DNA of 64,000 nucleotides from an uncultured Thermococci archaeon (GTDB lineage Archaea > CAYQAE01 > CAYVLA01): assembly GCA_964549615.1 (NCBI GenBank), contig CAZJVP010000101.1:1-64000 (forward strand), in the 5' to 3' direction. Made by a program: the position numbers and the translations under genes. Of this stretch, positions 27,393 to 35,915 are shown piece by piece (positions within the stretch are counted from its first letter, which is position 1; the number at the start of each line of letters is the position of its first letter). The notes below the pieces were generated by a model. That model worked only from the letters and a program-made list of their open reading frames with translations. It made no database searches and was not told the DNA's origin.

Positions 27393-28128
27393 ACGATCAC
27401 CGTGTGCTTCTTCGTCGCCGCCGCGCTGGCCAAGCATTGTCGTTTGACCTTTCTTGGGCCTGGGATGCGGCTGCTGCCTGCGCCCGCTGGAGCCTTCCGC
27501 CTCTTAAATCTATGGGTCTCAGGCCGCAGCCGTCAGCGGAAGGCCGCGGCACTGCCCTAGGGCGACCGTGCAGCTTGGCTCGGATCGTTCAGATGCCGGT
27601 TCTGTTCACACAAGGTGTCGATTGGCTTTGGGCGTGCACGGCAAATCCACTTGCCGAATCATTTTCATGGCATGTAGCGCGTTTTCCGAAAATCATTTCA
27701 CCCGCCTTTCTGGGCGTGTCGGTGGTCAAGCTAACGGGTTCAAGCATCTGGTGGATGATTTGGCGCAAGGAGAAGGAAAGGATGACCAACGTAATGATCG
27801 CCGGGATCCCGCAGGTCAGTACCGGAGGACTCCGACAACCTTGGGCGCGCTACAGATCGCCCCCGTATGGGTGTGAGCATGGTTACCCCTGAGCAGGCCT
27901 CCTGGAACAAAATAAGCTCTGAGGCATCGTTTGGAACAACCAACTACATGCTCTGCCTGGGAGTGGATCCGCAACCCCATCGGCGCTTCGCGAGGTGAAA
28001 GCATGGCCCAAGAAACGAGCACCCGCCTACTCAGGAGGGAGAGAAGTATTCCCCGGATAGCACGGAATATTTTTCATGGCCAGATCTTCGCCGTTGCGGC
28101 GAGGCGACACCGTTCAGGGGAAGGTTGA

Positions 28129-29682
28129 ATGAAGCTATATCCTGCGTACACGGTGGATGGACGCCCCATGCTCGGGACCTACGCGGCGTCAAGCCTCGAC
28201 GACCTTCAGTTGGTCAAGAAGGTCGGGATGAACGTCGTGCTGGGAGGGCGCGAGATGCTCGACCCCAAGACGCCGGTCGGGGGCTTCCTCCAGGAGAACG
28301 GCATCAAGGTGCTGTACCATCTGACCCATCACATCTACGGCATGCCCACGCTGGGGGACTACGTCGATGCCGAGCAAACCGTCGTACCGTTATCCAACAG
28401 GCCGGCGAGGCCGCTGCCGGAGAGGGGGATTGTGCAGCTCGACGACGAGCTCATCTACTACGACCGCTACACGCCGGCAGCGCTGGTCGGATGCCACAGG
28501 GGGATGGATGGCACCGAGGCAACCCCGCATCGCGAGGGGACCTTCCTTTTCATGCCGGACGCATGCGCCAGGGAGATCGAGGCGATAGTAGACTCCCCAA
28601 ACCTGGGGGGCTACTACGTTCTGGATGACAGCCCGGGCGATGCCCTTTCCGCCTTAAAAGCGATGTACGCGACGATATGGAAGTCCGACGGCGGCCCACA
28701 GCACCGCGTCGTGTGCGCCGGCTACGGGAGCCACGGGTCGCTTTGCAACTTCGCTCCCGGCGTGTGCGATCTGATGATGATCTACTGGTATCCCGTCTCG
28801 CGGGACTACGATCGTTTCATGATAAGCGATAACGTGCAGTGGATGCTGACTGCGGCTCGCGCCCGGGTCCCGGGCATGCCTTTCCTGGGCGTCTATCAGG
28901 CGTTCTGGGGGAACGGCGCAGGCCAACCAACCCCCCAGCAGGTTCGACAACAGATGGAGGACTTCGTCAGGGAGGGTGCAAGCGGGCTCATCGCGTTCGC
29001 ATGCCGCATCGGCGGGCCGTACACTGGCTGGGCGGCGAGCGAGGGGATCCAGAGGGCGATGCAGCAGGCTCACCGTGAGATCATCCAGACTGGCGGATTG
29101 TCCGTTCCGCGCCAGCCGGAGAGAATGGCCAAGGCGCGAATCCAGAAAGTGGGATACTGGGAGAGGCCAAGGACCATACCCGGCCTCGTCCCAGCTTGGT
29201 ACATCATAGCTCCCTTCGAGGACACAGAGCGCGCCGGGCTTCTTGCTGCATACCCGCCTGAGAAGGAGGTCGACCTGCAGGCTGGGTATCCGGGCAAGCC
29301 AGGCACGGTGCACTGGATCAAGAGGGAGTCCTGCGCCGGCTTCGTGGGGCTGGGCGAGATCTACGGCGACCAAGCCTACACATCCTACTGCGTGGCCTAC
29401 GCCACATGCGAGGTGGACAGTCCGAAGCGCCAGGAGGTCCGGGCGATGGTCGGGAGCGATGACGATATCCTCGTCTGGCTCAACGGAAAGGAGGTTTGGC
29501 GACACGAGGGGGTGAGGGGACTGAAGCGCGACGATGATCGGGTCAAGATGGTCCTTCCAGCGGGCACGAGCAGGATCCTGGTGAAGGTCTGCAATCGCAC
29601 AGGGATGTGGGGCTTCTTCATGAGGTTCGTTGACCGCAAGGGCCACCCTCTGCGGGGACTCACGTTCTCACCGATGCCCTGA
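28129..29682 (+). CDS. Hypothetical glycoside-hydrolase-like protein with C-terminal PA14-like module
   Basis: GYYVLDDSP, YWYP, YQAF barrel-like motifs. C-terminal W.IIAPF...GSDD...VWLNGKEV...ILVKV. No signal peptide. Confidence 0.6.
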   Translation: MKLYPAYTVDGRPMLGTYAASSLDDLQLVKKVGMNVVLGGREMLDPKTPVGGFLQENGIKVLYHLTHHIYGMPTLGDYVDAEQTVVPLSNRPARPLPERGIVQLDDELIYYDRYTPAALVGCHRGMDGTEATPHREGTFLFMPDACAREIEAIVDSPNLGGYYVLDDSPGDALSALKAMYATIWKSDGGPQHRVVCAGYGSHGSLCNFAPGVCDLMMIYWYPVSRDYDRFMISDNVQWMLTAARARVPGMPFLGVYQAFWGNGAGQPTPQQVRQQMEDFVREGASGLIAFACRIGGPYTGWAASEGIQRAMQQAHREIIQTGGLSVPRQPERMAKARIQKVGYWERPRTIPGLVPAWYIIAPFEDTERAGLLAAYPPEKEVDLQAGYPGKPGTVHWIKRESCAGFVGLGEIYGDQAYTSYCVAYATCEVDSPKRQEVRAMVGSDDDILVWLNGKEVWRHEGVRGLKRDDDRVKMVLPAGTSRILVKVCNRTGMWGFFMRFVDRKGHPLRGLTFSPMP

Positions 29683-29764
29683 CCTGTCAGGCCAGCTGGG
29701 CGCGTTTCAGGGATCGACTTTCAGGCAAACCCTTTTCAGGACCGGGCATCGCGAGCCTCCCTTC

Positions 29765-31573
29765 GTGAGTTCTCCCAGGTCCTTGGCGATATCACTTCTC
29801 ATGGTCCTGTTGACGGGAGGTATCCGTGCAGCCGACGGTTTCCCCTTCCGCAGGGCCGTGTACAAGCCTTGGAACTTCGGTGCCGAGGGCCCGTGGAATT
29901 TCTCCGAAATGGCGTCGCTTGGCTTGGATGCCTTCTACTGCCCCGCCGACTGGACTTGGGAGAAGGCCTACCCCGGCTGGATCGAGAGGCAGCTCGGGTC
30001 GGAGAGCATCCTCGCGGCCGCGAACAACGTCACCTACATCGCCGGGCTGTACTACCTGTAGCCGATGTGGCAGTACATCGACTTCAACTACTCCAGGGCG
30101 GTGGACCAATCTGGGCGAATGGAGCCGTACACCCCGGCCCCGCTTGATGGGGCGTGGTGGGTGCACATGATGGAGGAGCCCGGTGTTTTCATCGCCAACC
30201 TCTCGCTCCACTATCCCATCGGTGCATTGGTCTGGGACATGGAGCCGTACTACGGCCAGGGCTTCCAACCCGCCCACTACAGCTACGACGAGGCGAGCCT
30301 GCAGGAGTTTGCCAACGCCACAAACAGGACGCTACCTCCGCTTCAAGCTGCGCAGAGGTATGCTTGGCTCCATGCCAACGGGCTGCTCGAGCAGTACAAG
30401 GCTTGGTGTGAGATGAAGGCCTACCTTCTGGCAAAGGGGGTGGCCGAAAAGATCCACGCCATCAACCCGGATCTACAGCTAGGCATCCTGGGCTTCGTGG
30501 ACTGCTGGTTCTACTGGAACATCCTCAGGGGCTTCAACTTATCCCTTGCCCCGGTCTCCGCCTGGTACGAGGGCACCTATAGGGGCTACATCTCCTCCGG
30601 CCCCGAGGGGGTCGCCCGCTACCTGGACCTATGGCGAACCAACAAGCTGAACGGCCAGTTCATCCCCGGCATAGGAATGATCTCGCCCTGGGCAGCGCTG
30701 ACATCCATGGAGGCCTCGGTCAGGGAGACGGGATGCTTCTGGTTCTACCAGAGGGACGGCCAGCCGCCTCCCGAGTACGACGATGCGCTAAGGGCTGTGT
30801 ACCGGGCTGTGGACCAGTACATCTTCTTCGGGGGCTCGGAGGCCAACCCGCTTCCCATCTTCGATCTCCAGCCCGGCGTTGAGGCAAGGCCCTACCTTGG
30901 GCCCGGCGGAGGCGCATCCATTCTCCTGAACGAGCTTGAGTACGGCATAGATCCCCCCGCATCCTTCACGATCACCAGCAGCCACGGCCCGTTGGGGTAT
31001 TTTGGACAGAACCTCACCCCCGTCATCCGCGACGGCGGTGAGCTGGTCCTTCGCCCCCAGGACTTCCCCTGCATCGTCTTCGGCCTGGATCAGGCGGATC
31101 TGGGGTTGATTCGGGCAAGGGCCCTGCTCCGTGAGATGGAGGGGCTTCTGTCGGCCCACCAGTGCGTAGGCCTGGGGGACATCATGGTCGCCCGAGAGTC
31201 GCTCGTGGTCGCGACCGGCTATTTGGAGGCAGGACGGCACGGGGAGGCGATGTCCGAGCTGAGCCAGACAAGGAACCAGACCTACCAGGCGATCCTGGCC
31301 GAAGTGTGGCCGCTCGTGGAGGCTGGTACTGCATCGCCAAGGACCAGCGTGATACCCCTGTCTCTGCTCAGCCGGTTCTCCCTCGCAGGGAGGCTGATCT
31401 CCGAAGGCAAGGAGGCCTCCGGGGAGATGTATCTCTACTGGGGTCTGAGGGACTGGTCCCTATCGGTGCCGGAACCGTGGGCCTCCGCGCTTCCCGTGTT
31501 TCTGCTGCCATCTGCGTTGAAGGCCCGGAATCGCCTGCGCCGCTCGAAGAGGCAGATGGCGAAGCCTGGATGA
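29765..31573 (+). CDS. Secreted GH-like, C-terminally anchored protein interrupted by one in-frame TAG (30059-30061); pseudogene or readthrough
   Basis: ORFs 29630..30061 and 30065..31573 share a frame. The signal peptide lies before the TAG and the VPE-hydrophobic-basic tail after it. Confidence 0.7.
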
Positions 31574-31648
31574 CCCAGGTGCTGCTCTGCAAAGGAGCAG
31601 GTATTGGCCGAGAAAGCCCGTGATGGCCATGTTGAACCAAGCAGCGAG

Positions 31649-32659
31649 CTAGGCGTAGCGACCGTACCTGACGAAGGCCTGTGACATCGCGTTGATCTTT
31701 TCCTGCGAGTGCCCCACCGCGGCGGGAGACCCGTACCACTTGCACATGAAGCCGCCGTCGTAGCTGCCGAAGCACTCTATCAGCTTCCTGGCATACTCCT
31801 GGATTTGCTCGGGGCTTCCCTTCACCATCATGTTCTGGATGTCGACTGGGCACCAGAAGCAAACCCTGCCCCCGAACCGCTCGGCCAGGTTCTCGACGCC
31901 CATGTTCTGCTGCTGGTCCATCTGGATGACGTCAAGCTCCGCCTCGATCAGGTCGTCCAGAAGCTCGGTTATGTGCCCGCAGCTGTGCAGCATCGTGACC
32001 ATGCCCTGCTTGTGGGCCCGGCTGTAGACCTGTTTGTAGAAGGGCTTGAAGAACCTGCGGAATATCTCCGGGCTGACGAGAGACCTGTCCTGCAGCCCCC
32101 AGTCGTCGCAGGATATGATGCCATCCACCCCCAACGGGGCGATGTGCTCGAGCGATATCAGGGCAATGTCCGTCATCTTCTGCAGAAGTGCCCTAAGCTC
32201 CCTGGGGCGGCGGTAGGGGTCGGTCACCGCGTTCCTGTTGCCCCTCAGGTAGTCCAACCGATGGATCAGCGACAGCGGAATTCCGGTGAGGACGAACTTG
32301 TCGTCTCTGTTCTTCGCCAGCTGCTCGGGCAGGTGGCTGTAGCGCTCGGGGATGTCGTAGTCGGGGAATTGGAAATGGTCAAGCTTGGAGTAGTCATCCA
32401 GCGGATGGATCTTGACCTGCCCCATGGTCTTATCGTCGGGGGAAACCTTCCTCCACACGCACCCCCACTCATCCTCTCCCTCGATGCTGGGCTTCCACTT
32501 CGGGTTTCCGCCGATCCCCACATGGAAGAAGTCGGTTCCCCATGGCTCGGGAAGGTCCCTTGGGACCCTTTCGGGCGAGTCGAAGTGCGCTGCCCGCCTG
32601 ACAAGCTCTTCGCCGCACATGCCGGGCTTGCGAAAGGCCAAATGGGTTGCCATCTTCAT
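31649..32659 (-). CDS. Uroporphyrinogen decarboxylase (URO-D/MtaA-like) family protein
   Basis: DEWGCVW, DDWG.Q...SP..FR.FFKP.Y, HSCG, DIQ...G.PE. Confidence 0.88.
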   Translation of the reverse strand: MKMATHLAFRKPGMCGEELVRRAAHFDSPERVPRDLPEPWGTDFFHVGIGGNPKWKPSIEGEDEWGCVWRKVSPDDKTMGQVKIHPLDDYSKLDHFQFPDYDIPERYSHLPEQLAKNRDDKFVLTGIPLSLIHRLDYLRGNRNAVTDPYRRPRELRALLQKMTDIALISLEHIAPLGVDGIISCDDWGLQDRSLVSPEIFRRFFKPFYKQVYSRAHKQGMVTMLHSCGHITELLDDLIEAELDVIQMDQQQNMGVENLAERFGGRVCFWCPVDIQNMMVKGSPEQIQEYARKLIECFGSYDGGFMCKWYGSPAAVGHSQEKINAMSQAFVRYGRYA

Positions 32660-32832
32660 CCCGCACGAAGGTCATCGGGCGATCTGATATTTCTCTCCTG
32701 GTAGCCCTCGTACGCGTGCGAAGCGGCAGTCGGCTGTTTGGGTGGAGCTCCGTCTAACCAACGGGTTTACCCGGTGTACCGCTGCATCGAGCCATATGCG
32801 GTTGGTCTTAGGATTTGGCTGTCGTGCACGTC

Positions 32833-33612
32833 TCATACGGGCCGGAGGGTTCCCACGAAGACCTGCCATGCCAGCAGCGTCTTGGCAACGAGGCTTAAGA
32901 TTATGTAGAACCTCTCGCCGTAGAGGTAGTCCTTCCAACGGCCAACCTTCTTGTACTGCAGGATCATGTTCACCGCAAATATGTTGAAGAAGAAGGCGAT
33001 CGAGATGTAGATGTAGTAGACGAAGTCCGGGACGCCTCCTTTTGCTGCTAGGGCCGCTCCCACCAGATAGATTCCGATGACCACCCATGGTATGGCACCG
33101 GCAAACACTCCGAAGTAGTAGGATGTCCAGTTGGTCTTCGTCGTCGTCTGGTTGTGAAGCTCCATCATCAGCCCGAAGAGGTTCATGCAGGCGTTCAGGG
33201 CAAACAGTGGGATCAGCGTCCCTATATCGTAGATCCCTGTGAGCATCGCGATGACGACGATCATGATCGAGGAGCTAACGGCGTACTCATACCACCGGGC
33301 GTAGTTGATGTGTTTCTTCAGGTTCTTGACGTACCAGGGGTAGCCCCAAGGCGAGGCAAGCGAGAAGTGCGCGACGGCCGAGGCCAGAAGAAAGAGCGCT
33401 ACGAGGGGCCCCAAAGGCACGTTCGCGATCGTGTCGGTGGTCAGCTGCAGGCGTTGGGCCGTCGTATTGTAGACGAGGTATGATGCCGTCACGGGCAGCT
33501 TGAAGTCGTTGCTTAGCACGAGCATGAGCACGAACTGGATGAAGTGGAACACGCCCATTATCGCGTTGAACCGCCTAAGCTTTGGGAATTTGGCTTCGTC
33601 CTCAGAACTCAT
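32833..33612 (-). CDS. heR: Heliorhodopsin
   Basis: LRRFNAIMGVFHFIQ, RWYEYAVSSSIM, FGLMME, GERFYIILSLVAK (retinal-binding Lys), 7 hydrophobic helices. Confidence 0.95.
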   Translation of the reverse strand: MSSEDEAKFPKLRRFNAIMGVFHFIQFVLMLVLSNDFKLPVTASYLVYNTTAQRLQLTTDTIANVPLGPLVALFLLASAVAHFSLASPWGYPWYVKNLKKHINYARWYEYAVSSSIMIVVIAMLTGIYDIGTLIPLFALNACMNLFGLMMELHNQTTTKTNWTSYYFGVFAGAIPWVVIGIYLVGAALAAKGGVPDFVYYIYISIAFFFNIFAVNMILQYKKVGRWKDYLYGERFYIILSLVAKTLLAWQVFVGTLRPV

Positions 33613-33819
33613 ATCGTATCCAGTCTCCACCCCCGTCCGAAGCCAAGGCATGGCCTAACGAGGGCCACGCGTGGCAATGCCGTGGCTCCTGAAAAGCGTT
33701 TCGAAGGAGCCGGCCGAAGGCACGTTTGCGCGATTGCGGCTGTTGGGCGACGGCGATCGGATCAGACCAACGAGATGCGTCCGAAGGGCGGCGCACGTGC
33801 AGGCTCCGGACGCCATAGA

Positions 33820-34584
33820 TCATTGCGCGGGCTCTACCGGTATGATCTGGAAGGAGGCCTGAACTCCGTTCCTGTGAACGTCCACCAGTAGCATGCCCGG
33901 CGGCTCGCCTCCCTTGTTCTTCCTTCTGGTGCTAAGCGCCGGGCAGATGAAGAACTGGGTCTCCCGGCACCGTAGCGCCCGCAGCCTGTGGGCGTGGCCT
34001 GCGAACACGCCGAATAGCTTGCGGCCGCGAAGAAGGCCCAAGACCTCATCGGCGTTCTCCACATCGCATTCAAGTTCCTCCCTGCTGCCGAAGAGGCCAT
34101 GGTGGGTGAACAGCAGGATGGGTTTCCTAGCGTCAAGCCCGGCCAGAGCCCGCTTGAGCCACCTCATGGCGGGAGGCTCAACCTTGCCATGCCAGTTCTC
34201 GGGGTTTCCTTGGGAGTTGTTTGTGTCGAGGATGATGCACGCCACGCCCCTGACCTGGAAGCAGCGGTTCACGGGCCCCAAGAATCGGGAGAACCTTCTG
34301 CGGCTGCTTGGGTTGCCCATATTTCCAAGGTCGTGGTTTCCCACAACCGCATGGTAAGGCACAGTGAGCCTCGAAAGGGCGTGCATGAGCAGCCTGTACT
34401 GCTCGGGCTGCCCGCTCTCCACCATGTCCCCAGAGAGTACCACGAACGAGGGGTCCTTCCCCATCGACCTGATACCGTCCAATGCGCGCACCAAGATCTC
34501 GGCGCTCGCCGGATCGAGGATATGGGTGTCTGCGATCTGGGCGAAGCGGAACAGCGGCCGGTTGTGGGATCTCAATCGGCCCAT
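33820..34584 (-). CDS. Calcineurin-like metallophosphoesterase (CpdA/Icc-like)
   Basis: DTH, SGD, GNHD, THH, GHAH. Confidence 0.88.
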   Translation of the reverse strand: MGRLRSHNRPLFRFAQIADTHILDPASAEILVRALDGIRSMGKDPSFVVLSGDMVESGQPEQYRLLMHALSRLTVPYHAVVGNHDLGNMGNPSSRRRFSRFLGPVNRCFQVRGVACIILDTNNSQGNPENWHGKVEPPAMRWLKRALAGLDARKPILLFTHHGLFGSREELECDVENADEVLGLLRGRKLFGVFAGHAHRLRALRCRETQFFICPALSTRRKNKGGEPPGMLLVDVHRNGVQASFQIIPVEPAQ

Positions 34585-34699
34585 GCGCAGCGGGGCCTAT
34601 CAGATAAGTGTGTCCGAGATTGCAGGGATGTTGCAGGCGGGGCGGTTAACGAGCCTGGGTTATCACCGAAGACGTCCCTGTAGAGGGCTGAGGCTCGCG

Positions 34700-35170
34700 C
34701 GTGGCATGCTTCCCGTCAGGGCAGGGATGTCGTATTTGCGTTAAGGCTTGCCACGCTGGTCAAGACCGAGGGCTGAGCCACTCCACCTCCAGAACCGAAC
34801 AGTCGCACGCAAGGAGTGAAACTAGGTGGGCTCCGGAAAAGCACCCGAGTAGGCGTTGGATCGCCCAGATAAGCACCGACGCGGCCGCAAAGGCAGGCGA
34901 TTGCCTTGGCGAGGTCCCGGGGCTGGGCCGAGGACCTGGCACCTGGGCGGGTAGTCGGTCAAGTCAAAGAGGTGCCAAGCGTCCGCGAAGGGCCTCGGCT
35001 TGACGCCGCCCTCAATTTGTTTCCTTCCCGCCATGCGCGGCGTGGCGTAGATCACGACGGGGTGCGGCTTCGGGTTGCGTGGGGAGCATATGTCCAGCCT
35101 CGTGAGCTTGCGATCGAACCCTGAAAGGTCGCGGTGGGGTACATCGAGGGAAGGCGTTACGCTGCCCACA
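34700..35170 (-). pseudogene. Decayed alpha/beta hydrolase (HSL/BD-FAE-like carboxylesterase)
   Basis: Fragments across frames, LDIC.P...HPVVIY, RDLAKAIACL...AYLGDP and LLGCFSGAHLVSLLA, resemble the LDIY..PVVIYVHGG / GGDP..GHSAGAHL motifs. Confidence 0.6.
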
Positions 35171-35346
35171 CTCGATGGTCCATCCCTCCAGCTCGTTGTG
35201 ATCTCCGCGGGTATCCCCCGTTGAGGAGACTGATTATGGTCGCGCAGCGGGCTAGGGGACGAGTCGCCGAGAAAGCAATCGGGACGTCGCGGCATGCGGT
35301 CCATGCAGGAAGGAAGATTTAACTCAGCTCCGGCCCTGGCAGTCTC

Positions 35347-35421
35347 GGGCTCGTGGCCTAGCTAGGATAAGGCGCCAGGCTTCGGACCTGGATATCGCGG
35401 GTTCAAATCCCGCCGGGCCCA
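35347..35421 (+). tRNA. tRNA-Arg: tRNA-Arg (anticodon TCG), intronless, CCA not encoded
   Basis: Acceptor stem GGGCTCG/CGGGCCC, anticodon arm CCAGG-CTTCGGA-CCTGG, T-arm GCGGG-TTCAAAT-CCCGC. TTTAA box about 25-30 nt upstream. Confidence 0.95.
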
Positions 35422-35702
35422 TTCACTACAGCGAGCGAATACTTCCGCATTCATTCTTGGTTTTTGAAAATCATGATGTGCGTGTCCCGGCTCGGTCAGC
35501 AGGATCTCTCACCTGCTTGCCGAGAAGGCTGCGTAACCTCTCCAGCTCCTTGACAATATCTTTCGGGGAAACGCAGACCATGCCAACGACTATCCAACCA
35601 GAGCATGACGGCCACGAAAAAGAACCCCAGGACAGAGGGCCGCGACCGGTCTATATCGCAGAGTGTGATTCCCCTCCCATATCCATAGGTGGACTGCGAC
35701 TC

Positions 35703-35915
35703 TCACCGAACACCCCCACGAGGAGGGGCGTTCTTCCCAGCGCCTTTACTATCCTCATCCAGCCTGCGCCAGATAAACAGGGCTGCGTTCGAGACCCCAA
35801 GATGTCGTGCCACACTCCTCCAAGACATGCCCCGACCGTGCAACTCCTTCGCCATTGGAAGAAGAACCCTGGCTACCGAGGATAATGACCTGTACGGGAA
35901 CTTCTTCTCGGTCAT
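35703..35915 (-). CDS. Small helix-turn-helix protein
   Basis: ELHGRGMSWRSVARHLGVSNAALFIW. ATG overlaps the WD40 gene stop (ATGA). Confidence 0.6.
   Translation of the reverse strand: MTEKKFPYRSLSSVARVLLPMAKELHGRGMSWRSVARHLGVSNAALFIWRRLDEDSKGAGKNAPPRGGVR

Noticed and set aside
27450-28120. Possible gene or ncRNA in this gap (also 41650-42400 and 60600-61000)
   Set aside because: No recognisable protein motif or convincing hairpin density by eye; left unannotated.
34906-35322. In-frame TGA at 35122-35124 as selenocysteine
   Set aside because: The two + strand ORFs are the antisense shadow of the minus-strand esterase pseudogene, and there is no redox motif.
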